Assembly (NCBI GenBank): GCA_013239625.1
Contig: MU054001.1
Span: forward strand, 7,336,174-7,400,173
Direction of reading: 5' to 3'
Source: Lama guanicoe
Lineage: Eukaryota
Length of the DNA stretch: 64,000 nucleotides
The notes under the pieces were generated by a model. It did not search any database, was not told the DNA's origin, and was given only the letters and a program-made list of their open reading frames with translations. Positions 12,980-24,983 of the stretch are shown here, piece by piece (position 1 is the stretch's first letter; each line of letters opens with the position of its first letter). A program made the translations under genes and the position numbers.

Positions 12980-15900
12980 TTCAATATGCTGCATACAAGA
13001 GACCCACTTTAGGGAGAAGGACACATATAGATTGAGAGTGAAAGGATGGAAAAGGATATTCCATGCAAATGGAAAAGCCAAAACAACAGGTGTTGCAGTA
13101 CTGATTTCAGACAAAGTAGACTTTAAAACAAAGGCCATAAAGAAAGATAAAGAAGGACATTTTATAATGATTAAAGGAGTGATACAAGATGAAGATATTA
13201 CACTCGTTAATATACATGTACCCAATAGAGGAGCACCTAAGTACATACAAGAATTACTAACAGAGATAAAGGGGGATATTGATGGGAATATAATCATAGT
13301 TGGAGATTTTAACACTGCATTAACATCACTAGACAGATCTTCCAGACAGAAAATAAACAAGGCAACAGAGAAATTAAATACTACAATAGAAAAACTAGAT
13401 TTGGTGGATATTTTCAGAGCATTACACCCCCAAAAAATTGGATATACATTCTTTTCAAGTGCACATGGAACATTTTCCAGGATCGATCATGTACTTGGGC
13501 ACAAAAGAAACCTCAACAATTTTATAAAGAGAGAAATTATCTCAAGCATCTTTACTGACCACAATGCCATGAAACTGGAAATCAACAACAGAGAAACAAA
13601 GGAGAAAAAAAGGAAAGCATGGAGATTAAACAATATGTTATTGAAAAAACAATGGGTCAATGAGGAAATCAAAGCTGAAATTAAAAAATACCTTGAGACA
13701 AATGATAATGAAAGCACAACCACTCAAAACCTATGGGATACAGCAAAGGCAGTGTTAAGAGGGAAGTTTATAGTGATACAGGCCTTCCTCAAAAACGAAG
13801 AACAATCTCAAATAAACAAGTTAACCCACCACCTGAATGTATTAGAAAAAGAAGAACAAGAAGCCCCAAAAGGCAGCAGAAGGAAGGAAATAATAAAGAT
13901 CAGAGAGGAATTAAATACAATAGAGATTAACAAGACCATAGAAAAAATCAACCAGACCAAAAGCTGGTTTTTTGAAAAAGTAAATAAAATCGACAAACCT
14001 CTGGCCAAACTCACAAAGAAGAAAAAAGAGAGAGCACAAATTAGCAAAATAAGAAAGGAAAATGGAGAAATTACAACAAACAAATTATAAATACAGAATA
14101 TCATATGAGAATATTATGAAAAACTCTATGAAACCAAACTGGATAACCTAGAGGAGATGGACAAGTTTCTGGAAACATACTGTCCACCAAAACTGAATCA
14201 AGAAGAAACTGAACACTTGAACAATCTGATCACTAGAAAGGAAAAAGAAATAGCAATTAAAAACCTCCCTACAAATAAAAGCCCAGGACTGGATGGCTTC
14301 AACAGAAAATTCTACCAAACATAGAAAAAGGACACATACCAGTCCTCCTGAAACTCTTCCAGACGATTGAAAAGGAGGGAATACTCCCAAACTCATTCTA
14401 TGAAGCCACCAAAACTCTGATATCAAAACCAGGCAAAGACACTACAAAGAAAGAGAATTATAGGCCAATATCACTGATGAACATAGACGCCAAAATCCTC
14501 ACAAAAATTTTAGAAAATGGAATACAACAACACATAAAAAAGGTTGCACATCATGACCAAGTGGGGTTCATCCCCGGGACACAAGGCTGGTTCAACATAC
14601 ACAAAGAAACAATGTATTACCTCATATCAGCAAGAGAAAGGACAAAAACCACATGATCACCTCAATCGATGCAGAAAAAGCATTTGATAAAATTCAACAT
14701 CCATTTATGATAAAAACTCTCGCCAAAGTGGGTATAGAGGGAACATATCTCAACACAATTAAAGCTATATATGACAAACCTACAGCCAGCATAGTACTCA
14801 ACGGTGAAAAACTCAAAAGCTTCCCACTAAAATCTGGGACAAGACAAGGATGCCCACTATCACCACTCCTATTCAACATAGTCCTGGAAGTCCTAGACAC
14901 AGCAATCAGGCAAGAGAAAGAAATAAAAGGGATCCAAATTGGAAAAGAAGAGGTAAAAGTGTCATTATATGCTGATGACATGTTACTATATATAGAAAAC
15001 CCTAAAAGGTCCACACAAAAGCTACTAGAGCTGATTGAAGAATTCAGCAAGGTAGCAGGTTACAAAATTAATGTTCAAAAATCAGTTGCATTTCTTTACA
15101 CTAATGATAAATCAACAGAAAAAGAAAGTAAAGAAACAATCCCCTTTAAAATAGCACCCAAAGTAATAAAATATCTGGGAATAAATCTAACCAAGGAGGT
15201 GAAAGAATTATACACAGAAAACTATAAACCATTGATGAAGGAAATTAAAGAAGACTTTAAAAAATGGAAAGATATTCCATGCTCTTGGATTGGAAGAATC
15301 AATATTGTTAAAATGGTCACACTGCCCAAGGCAATCTACAGATTTAATGCAATCCCTATCCAATTACCCAGGACATATTTCACAGAACTAGAACAAATCA
15401 TAATAAAATTTATATGGAACCATCAAAGACCTAGAATTGCTAAAGCATTACTGAAGAGAAAGAAAGAGGCTGGAGGAATAACTCTCCCAGACTTCAGACA
15501 ATACTATAGAGCTACAGTCATCAAGACAGCATGGTATTGGTACCAAAACAGACATATAGACCAATGGAACAGAATAGAGAGCCCAGAAATGAACCCACAA
15601 ACTTTTGGTCAACTAATCTTCGACAAAGGAGGCAAGAATATACAATGGAATAAAGAGAGTCTCTTCAGCAAATGGTGTTGGGAAAACTGGACAGCAGCAT
15701 ATAAAAGAATGAAGCTAGAACACTCCCTTACACCATATACAAAAATCAACTCAAAATGGATTAAAGACTTAAACATATGACAAGATACAATAAACCTCCT
15801 AGAGGAAAACATAGGCAAAACATTATCTGACATACATTTCAAAAATTTTCTCCTAGAAGAAATAAAAGCAAGAATAAACAAATGGGACCTAATGAAACTT

Positions 15901-16670
15901 ACAAGCTTCTGCAGAGCAAAGGAAACCAGAAATAAAACAAGAAGAAAACCTACGGAATGGGAGAAAATTTTTGCAAGTGAAACCGACAAAGGCTTGATCT
16001 CCAAAATATATAAGCAGCTCATACGACTCAATAAGAAAAAAATAAACAACCCAATCCAAAAATGGGCAGAAGACCTAAACAAGCAATTCTCCAAGGAAGA
16101 CATACAAATGATCAAAAAGCACATGAAAAAATGCTCAATATCACTAATTATCAGAGAAATGCAAATCAAAACTACAATGAGGTATCACCTCACACCAGTC
16201 AGAATGGCCGTCATTCAAAAATCCAAAAATGACAAATGCTGGAGAGGCTGTGGAGAAAGGGGAACCCTCCTACACTGCTGGTGGGAATGCAGTTTGGTGC
16301 AGCCACTATGGAAAACAGTGTGGAGATTCCTCAAAAGACTAGGAATAGACTTACCATATGACCCAGGAATCCCACTCCTGGGCTTGTATCCAGAAGGAAA
16401 TCTACTTCAGGATGACACCTGCACCCCAATGTTCACAGCAGCACTATTTACAATAGCCAAAATATGGAACCAGCATAAATGTCCACCAACAGGTGACTGG
16501 GTAAAGAAGATGTGGTATATTTATACAATGGAACACTACTCAGCCATAAAAACTGACAACATAATGCCATTTCAGCAACATGGATGCTCATGGAGATTGT
16601 GAGTGTAAGTGAAGTTAGCCAGAAAGAGAATGAAAAATACCATATGAGATCGCTCATATGTGGAATCTAA
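12980..16670 (+). pseudogene. L1-A ORF2p (APE endonuclease, RT, Cys-rich domain), disrupted
   Basis: ORF pieces 13032-14090 (GDFN, SRIDH, TDH), 14653-15780 (QGCPLSP, YADD, YLG) and 15892-16602 ([18 protein letters not shown]). Stops and frameshifts lie between them; the start is in an N gap. Confidence 0.95.
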
Positions 16671-16984
16671 AAAACAAAAACAAACAAGCAGAAACAAAGC
16701 ATAAATATAGGACACAAATAGACTCACAGACAGAGAATACAGACTTGTGGTTACCAGAGGGGTGGAGGGTGGGACGGGATAGACTGGGATTTCAAAATTC
16801 TAAAATAGATAAGCAAGATTACAGTGTATAGCACAGGGAAATATACACAAAATATTATAATAAATCACAGAGAAAAAAATTTGACAATGAGTGTTTATAT
16901 ATCCATGACTGAAAATTGTGCTGAACACTGGATTTTGACACAACATTTTAAAATGATTATAAATCAATAAAAAATATTAGAAAA

Positions 16985-18490
16985 AAAACAGAATGATTTT
17001 GGTACAAAAACAGTCATATGGATTAATGGAACAGAACAGAAAGCCCAGAAATAAGCCCACAAACTCTTGGTCAATTAAACTTTGACAAAGGAAGCAAGAA
17101 TATACAACGGAATAAAGACAGTCTGTTCATCAAATGGTGTTGGGAGAAACTGGAGAGCTGCATGTTAATCAATGAAGTTAGAATACTCCCTCACACCATA
17201 AATAAAAACAAACTCAAAATGGCTTAAAGACTTAAACATAAGACAAGACATTATAAACCTCTTAGAATGAAACATAGGCAAAACATCCAACAAAAATCTC
17301 AGCAATGTTCTCCTAGAGCAGTCTACCCAAGCAATAAAAATAAAAGCAAAAATAAATAAGTGGAACCTAATTAAACTTACAAGCTTGTGCACAGCAAAGG
17401 AAACCATAAACAAAACAAAAAGACAACCTATGTGATGGGAGAAAATATTTGCAAATGATGAAAATGACAAGGGCTTAATCTCCAGAATATATAAATAGCT
17501 CATCCAACTTAATAAAGAAAAAAGAAACAACCGAATCCAAAAATGGGCAGAAGAGCTAAACAAGCATTTCTCCAATGAAGAAATGCAAATGACCAATATA
17601 CATATGAAAGAAATGCTCAATATCAGTAATTATCAGAGAAATACAAATCAGAACTACAATGAAGTATCACTTCAAACCAGTCAGAATTACCCTTATTCAC
17701 AAGTCCGTAAATAATACAAGGTGAAGAGGGTTTGGAGAAATGGGAACACTCCTACACGGTTGGTGGGAATGTAGTTTCATGCAGCCATTATAGAAAACAG
17801 TATGGGGATTCCTTAAAAGACTTAAAACAGAGTTACCATATGATCCAGCAATCCCACTCCTCGGCATATATCCAGAGGGAACCTTAATTCAAAAATACAC
17901 GTGCACCCCAATGTTCTTAGCAGCTCTATTTACAATAGCCAAAACATGGAAACAATCTAAATGCCCATTGACAGATGACTGGATAAAGAAACTGTGGTAG
18001 ACTTATACAATTGAATACTACTCAGCCACAAAAAGGATGTAATAATGTCATTTGCAGCAACATGAATGGATCTGGAGAATGTCATTCTAATTGAAGTTAG
18101 CCAGAAAGAGAAAGAAAAATATCACTTATATGTGGAATCTAAAAGAAAAAAAAAGACAAATTTATTTACAAAACAGAAACAGATTCACAAACATAGAAAA
18201 CAAACTTATGCTTACCAGGGGTGAAAAGGGTTGAGAAGGGATAAATTGGGAGTTTGAGATTTGTAGATACTATCTAATATATATATAATTGATAATCAAC
18301 AAACTTTTATACTAAGGCACAAGGAGCTATAGTCAATATTTTGTAGTAACTTATGGTGAAAAAGAATACGAAAGTGATATATGTGTGTTCCAATATGACT
18401 GAAGTATTGTGCTGTACACCAGAAATTAACACAACATTGTAAATTGAGTATACTTCAATAAAAATATTTTGAAAAGAAAAAAGAAAAAAA
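16985..18490 (+). mobile_element. Host L1 (older subfamily), 3' part with 3'UTR and A tail
   Basis: Continues ORF2 exactly where 10126 stopped and ends cttcaataaaaa...gaaaagaaaaaagaaaaaaa. Possible degenerate TSD aaactgttattgc / aaaccttattgc. Confidence 0.9.
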
Positions 18491-18594
18491 CCTTATTGCT
18501 CTTCAGGTAGGACGATTTAGTTTTATTAAAATGTGACTTTTAGATTGTTCAGTGTAGGGGAGCAAATGAGGAGACTGTAATTTGAATCTAGTTT

Positions 18595-19232
18595 TGTTAC
18601 TGAAGTAAACTTGGGTATACTTGCTTGACATGTGGCAAAACCAACCTACTAACACCAGGAACGTACAGCATTTATTACAGGGTGCCAAGCAAGGAAAATG
18701 GGTGGCTAATGGTCAAAAGACCCAAACTCCCCAATGGCTTTCACGGGAGGGATTTTAAGGGCAAGATGAGAGAGAGGGTTGTGGGGAATGTGGTCAGCTT
18801 ATGCAAAATTTTCTGATTGGTGGGTAGTGAGGTAACAACTTAAGAACACAGGAGTTAACATGATCAATCTTCAGCTTCCAGTTTGGGGGCTATGTGCTCA
18901 CAGTCACCACACTTTGTCTGATTGGGTTTTGATTTCTGCAAAAGAGCTGAGGAATATGCATTAGACTTTACCTTTGAGACAGAACTGGGAGTCCTTGGGG
19001 CTGCTTTATTGTTTAAGTTATGGTTATTTCTCAGTCTAATGGTCCTATCTTTGTTTCTGCATTCCTTCACTTTTCTCATCAACTGCTAGGACTTGTTCTT
19101 TTCTTTCTCTACTCATGAAGGGCCTAGGGGGCCACAGTATATTCCTGCAATTTTTTCTGATCACCAGTAAGCAGGGGACACCCAAGGAGTCCTATCACTG
19201 GGAAGGCCTCTGCACATATCTATGCAGTTTCA
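18595..19232 (-). mobile_element. ERV1-type solo LTR
   Basis: Starts tgttactgaa and ends cagtttca. tttatt at 18671-18676 is a minus-strand polyA signal. 'cagggtgccaagcaagga...aaaagacccaaactcccc' is typical of laurasiatherian ERV1 LTRs. TSD not clear. Confidence 0.65.
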
Positions 19233-19459
19233 TTCTTTGCCTCTTGCTAGCAGTTGAGCAGCACTGGAGTGAGACATTATCCATTTTGGGGCTTAGTTTA
19301 CTCCCCTACTCCTACCTTGCCCCCTCTGCAAAATGGTTATTCTGGCAATTTATGGGATGAGTGTGGCCATAATACATGTTATGCTTGAGTCACACAGTTT
19401 CAAAAAGGAAACTATTTGGCAACATTTAAAGACAAAGATTTCACATAAAATCTTGCATC

Positions 19460-20298
19460 TATTTTTTTTAATTGAAGTATCATCAGTTATAATGTGTCAA
19501 TTTCTGGCATACAGCACAATGTCTGAGTCATGCATATACATACATATATTTGCTTTCATATTCTTTTTCATAAAATGTTATTACAAGTTATTGAATATAG
19601 TTCCCTGTGCTATACAGAAGAAACTTTAAAAAATATATATATATAAAGTGCCAAACATTTGTAAGTCTTAAATTCCCAAGTTTTCTCTTCTCACCCTCTT
19701 CCCCTGTTAACCATAAGATTGTTTAGAATGTCTGCAATCTGTTTCTATTTTGTAGATGAGTTCATAATGTCCTTTTATTCTTTTTTAAGGTCCCACATAT
19801 CAATAATATCATATGCTATTTTTCTTTCTCTTTATGGCTTATTTCATTTAGAATGACAATCTCTAAGTCCATCCATGTTGCTGCAAATGGCATTGTTTTA
19901 TTCTTTTTGTGGCTGCAAAGTATTACATTGTATAAATCTACCACAATTTTTTTATTCAGTCATCTGTGGACGGGCAATTAAGTTGTTTCCATGCCTTGGC
20001 TATTGTAAATAGTGCTGCTATGAACATTGGGGTTTATGTATCATTTTAAATTAGAGTTCCCTTCAAATATATACCCAAAGGTGGGATTTCTGGGTCATAT
20101 GGTAAGTCTAAGTTTTTTTGTTTTTTATTTTTAGAGATCTCCAAATTGTTTTCCATAATGGTTGCACCAAACTACATTTCCACCAGCTGTGTAGAAGGAT
20201 TCCCTTTTCTCCACACCCTCTACAGCATTTATCATCCACGAACTTTTGAATGATAGCCATTCTGACTGGTGTAAGGTGATATCTCATTATAGTTTTTT
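19460..20298 (-). mobile_element. L1 3' fragment (same 3'UTR type as the 16985-18490 host and the 60225 element)
   Basis: Poly-T, then 'aattgaagtat...cagttataatgtgtcaatttctggc', followed by antisense ORF2 3' end. Confidence 0.85.
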
Positions 20299-20311
20299 TA
20301 ATGTTAAATGA

Positions 20312-23300
20312 ATTTTTATTTTTATTTTTAAAACATTTTTTATTGAGTTATAATAATTTTACATGTTGTGTCAAATACCAGTGTAGAGCACAATTTTTCA
20401 GTTATACATGAACATATATATATACATTGTCACAATTTTTTTCTCTGTGAGCTACCATAAGATCTTGTATATATTTCCCTGTGCTGTACAGTATAATATT
20501 ATTTATCTATTCTACATTTTGAAATCCCAGTCAGTCCCTTCCCACACCCTGCCCCTTGGCAAACACAAGTTTGTATTCTATGTCTATGAGTCTTTTTTTT
20601 TGTATTTATTTATTTTTTAAGATTCCACATATGAGCAATCTCATATGGTATTTTTCTTTCTCTTTGTGGCTTACTTCACTTAGAATGACATTCTCCAGGA
20701 ACATTCATGTTGCTGGAAATGACATTATGCTGTCGGTTTTTAAGGCTGAAAAATATTCCATTGTAAAAATATACCACATATTCTTTATCCAGTCATCTGT
20801 TGATGGACATTTAGGCTGTTTCCATGTCTTGGCTATTGTAAATAGGGCTGCCATGAACATTGGGGTGCAGGTGTCATCCTGAAGTAGGGTTCCTTCTGGA
20901 TATATGCCCAGGAGCAGAATTCATGGGTCATATGTTAAGTCTATTCCTAGTCTTTTGAGGAATCCCCATAGTGTTTTCCACAGTGGCAACACCATTCTGC
21001 ATTCCCACCAGCAGTGTAGGAGGGTCCCCTTTTCTCCACATCCTCTCCAGCATTTGTCATTTGTGGATTTTTGAATGATGGCCATTCTGACTGGTGTGAG
21101 GTGATACCTCATTGTAGTTTTGATTTTCATTTCTCTGATAATTAGTGATATTGAGCATTTTTTCATGTGCCTCTTGATCATTTGTATTTCTTCCTTGGAG
21201 AATTGCTTGTCTAGGTCTTCTGCCCATTTTTGGATTGGGTTGTTTGTTTCTTTCTTATTAAGTCATATGAGCTGCTTATATATTCTGGTGATCAAGCCTT
21301 TGTCAGCTTCATTTGTAAATTTTTCCTCCCATTCCGTAGGCTTTTTGTTTTACTTATGGTTTCCTTTGCTAAGCAAAAGCTTGTAAGTTTCATTAGGTCC
21401 CATTTATTTATTCATGCTGTTATTTCTATTGCTTGGGTAGACTGTTCTAAGAGAACATTTTTGAGATTTATGTCACATTATGTTTTGCCTATGTTTTCTT
21501 CTAGGAGATTTATTGTATCTTGTCTTATGTTTAATCCATTTTTTTCCATTTTTAGTTGATTTTTGTGTGTGGTGTAAGCGAGTGTTCTTGCTTCATTGCT
21601 TTACATGCTGCTATCCAGTTTTCCCAACACAATTTGCTGAAGAGACAGTCTTTGTTCCATTGTATATTCTTGCCTCCTTTGTCAAAGATTAGTTGATCAA
21701 AAATTTGTGGGTTCATCTCTGGGCTCTCTATTCTGTTCCATTGTTCTATATGTCTGTTTTGGTACCAAAACCATGCTGTCTTGATGACTGTAGCTCCATA
21801 GTATTGTCTGAAATCTGGGAGTTATTCCTCCAGCGTCTTTCTTTTTCTTCAGTAACACTTTTGCAATTTTAGGTCTTTGATGGTTCCATATAAATTTTAT
21901 TATGATTTGTTCTAGTTCTGTGAAATATGCCTGAGTAATTTGATAGGGATTGCATTAAATCTGTAGATTACCTTGGGCAGTGTGACCATTTTGACAATAT
22001 TGATTCCCCAATCCAGGAGCATGGACTTTCTTTCTATTTTTTAAAGTCTTTAATTTCCTTCATCAATGGTTTATAGTTTTCTGTGTATAATTCTTTCACC
22101 TCTTTGGTTAGGTATATTCCCAGATATTTTATTACTTTGGTGTTATTTTAAAGGGGGTTGTTTCTTTACTTTCTTTTTCTGTTGATTCATCATTAGTGTA
22201 AAGAAATGCAACTGATTTTTGAACGTTAATTTTGTAACCTGCTACCTTGCTGAATTCTTCAATCAGCTCTAGTAGCTTTTGTGTGGACCTTTTAGGGTTT
22301 TCTATATATAGTAACATGTCGTTGGCATATAGTGACACTTTTACCTCTTGTTTTCCTGTTTGAATCCCTCTTAATTCTCTCTCTTGCCTGATTGCTGTGG
22401 CTAGGACTTCCAAGATGATGTTGAAAAGAAATGGTGATAGTGGGCATCCTGGTCTTTTCCCACATTTTAGTGGGAAGTTTTGAGTTTTTCACCATTGAGT
22501 ATTATGCTGGGTGTATGCTTCTCATATATAGCTTTTATTATGTCTGATATGTTCCTTCTATACCCAGTTTGGTGAGAGATTTTTTCATAAATGGGTGTTG
22601 AATTTTATGAAATCCTTTTTCTGCATGTATTGAGATGATCATGTAGTTTTGTGTTGCTCTTGTGGATGTGATGTATTACATTGATTGATTTGCATATGTT
22701 GAACCTCCCTTGTGTCCCTGGGATGAACCCCACTTGATCATGATGTTGAATATTTTATATGTGCTGCTGTATTCTATTTGCTAATATTTTGGTGAGGATT
22801 TTTGCATCTATATTCATCAGTGATATCGGCCTCTAATTCTATTTTTTGTAGTATCTTTGCCTGGTTTTGGTATCTGGGTGATAGTGACTTCATAGAATGA
22901 GTTTGAGAGTATTCCCTCCTTTTCAATCTCCTGGAAATTTGAGAAGGACTGGTTTGAGTTCTTCTTTGTATGTTTGGTAGAATTCCCTGGTGAAGCCATC
23001 TTGTCCTAGAATTTTATTTGTAGGGATGTTCTTATTTTTAATTTGATTTCATTTCTAGTGGTCGGTTTGTTCAAGTGGTCAGTTTCTTCTTGGTTCAGTC
23101 TGTATGGTTCAGTTCTTGGTTCAGGACTGTATGTTACCAGAAACTTGTCCACCTTCTGTAGGTTATCCAGTTTGGTCCATATAGTTTTTCATAATGTACT
23201 CATCTGATGATATTCTGTATTTCTGTTATTTGTTGAAATTTCTCCATTTTCCTTTTTTATTTTGCTTATTTGTGTTCTCTATTTTTTCATCTTTGTGAGT

Positions 23301-24711
23301 TTGGCCAGAGGTTTCTCCATTTTATTTACTTTTTTGAATAACCAGCTTTAGGTTTGATTGATTTTTCTATTTTTTTAATCTGTATTTTATTTTTATCCTC
23401 CGGGATCTTTATTATTTTCTTTTTTTCTGTTGCCTTTTTGGGCTTTTTGCTCTTCTTTTTCTAATTGTTTAGCCGGTAGACTAGATTGTTTATTTGAAAT
23501 TGTTCATTTCTGAGGAAGTCCTGTATTGCTATTAACTTCCCTCTTAGCACTGACTTTGCTGTATCCCATAAATGTTGTGTGGTTATGTTTTCATTTTCAT
23601 TTGTCTGAAGGTAATTTTTAATTTCAAGTTTGATTTCATCATTGACACATTGTTATTTTAATAGAATGTTGTTTAATCTCCATTCTTTCTTTTTTTTCTC
23701 CTTTGTTCCTCTGTAGCTGATTTCTAGTTCCATGGCATTGTGTTCAGTAAAGATGCTTGAGATAAATTCTATCTTCTTAAAATTGATGAGGCTTCTATTG
23801 TGCCCAAGTACATGATCAATCCTAGAAAGTTTCCATGTGCACTCAAAAAGAATGTATATCCTTTTTTGGGGGGGTGTAGTGCTCTGAAAATATCCACAGA
23901 CTCTAACTTTTCTATGGTATCATTTAATTTCTCTGCTGCCTTATTTATTTTCTGTCTTGAATATCTGTCTAGTGATGCTAATGTGGTGTTAAAATCTCTG
24001 ACAATAACTGTATTCCCATCAATATCCCACTTTATCTCTGTTAGTAATTGTTTTATATGCTTAGGTGCCCATATATTGGGTGCATATATTAACTAGTATA
24101 ATATCCTCATCTTGTATTAATCCTTTAATCATTGTAAAATGTCCTTCTTTATGGCCTTTGTTTTAAAGACTATTTTGTCTGAAATCAGTACTGCTACACC
24201 TGATTTTTGGCTTTTCGGCTTTTCCACTTGCATGGAATATCCTTTTCCGTCCTATCACTCTCAATCTATATGTGTCCTTCTCCCAAAGTTGGTCTCTTGT
24301 ATGCAGCATATTGAAATTTCATGCTTTATTATCCAGTCTGCTACTCTATATCTTTTTACTGGAGCATTTAGTCCATTAACATTTACAGTAATTAATGATA
24401 GATGTGTTTTTATTGCCATTTTGAACTTATTTTTTGCAGTTGATTTGGTATTTCCTGTTTGTTCCTTTCTTCTTCCTTTTGTGGTTTGGTAATTTCCCTT
24501 AATATTATCATGGATTTTATTTAGTTTTTGTGACTCATTTGTAAGTTTTGGCTTGTGGATATCCTTTTTTGTAAATCTATTAGCTCATTATTATAGCTGT
24601 TTGTACTAAACAGATAGTAATCTAATCTCAAACCCATCCTACTGAGAGCAAAATGTTTAAAAATAAAACAATGAAAAATTCTCTATATTTTCTAGCTTGC
24701 CTGTCCCACTC
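20312..24711 (-). mobile_element. L1 'B': 3'UTR, degraded complete ORF2 and part of the inter-ORF spacer
   Basis: Minus-strand ORF2 fragments at 20921-21181, 22132-22413 (YAND in place of YADD) and 22817-22999. ORF2 ATG at 24417-24419. Ends abruptly at the L1-C poly-T. Confidence 0.9.
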
Positions 24712-24983
24712 TTTTTTTTAAACATTTTTTATTGATTTATAATCATTTTACAATATTGTGTCAAATTCCAGTGTTCAGCACAATTTTTCAGTCATTCATG
24801 GACATATAAACACTCATTGTCACATTTTTTTCTCTGTGATTTATCATAACATTTTGTGTTTATTTCCCTGTGCTATACAGTGTAATCTTGTTTATCTATT
24901 CTACAATTTTGAAATCCCATCTATCCCTTCCCACCCTCTACCCCACTGGTAACCAAAAGTCTGTATTCTCTGTCGATGAGTCT

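Larger units (their letters stand above)
10127..16984 (+). mobile_element. Full-length LINE-1 'A' nested in an older L1
   Basis: GC-rich 5'UTR starting ggaagatggc, then ORF1, ORF2, 3'UTR, aataaa and A tail. TSD aaaacagaatgat at 10111-10123 and 16985-16997. Confidence 0.95.
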
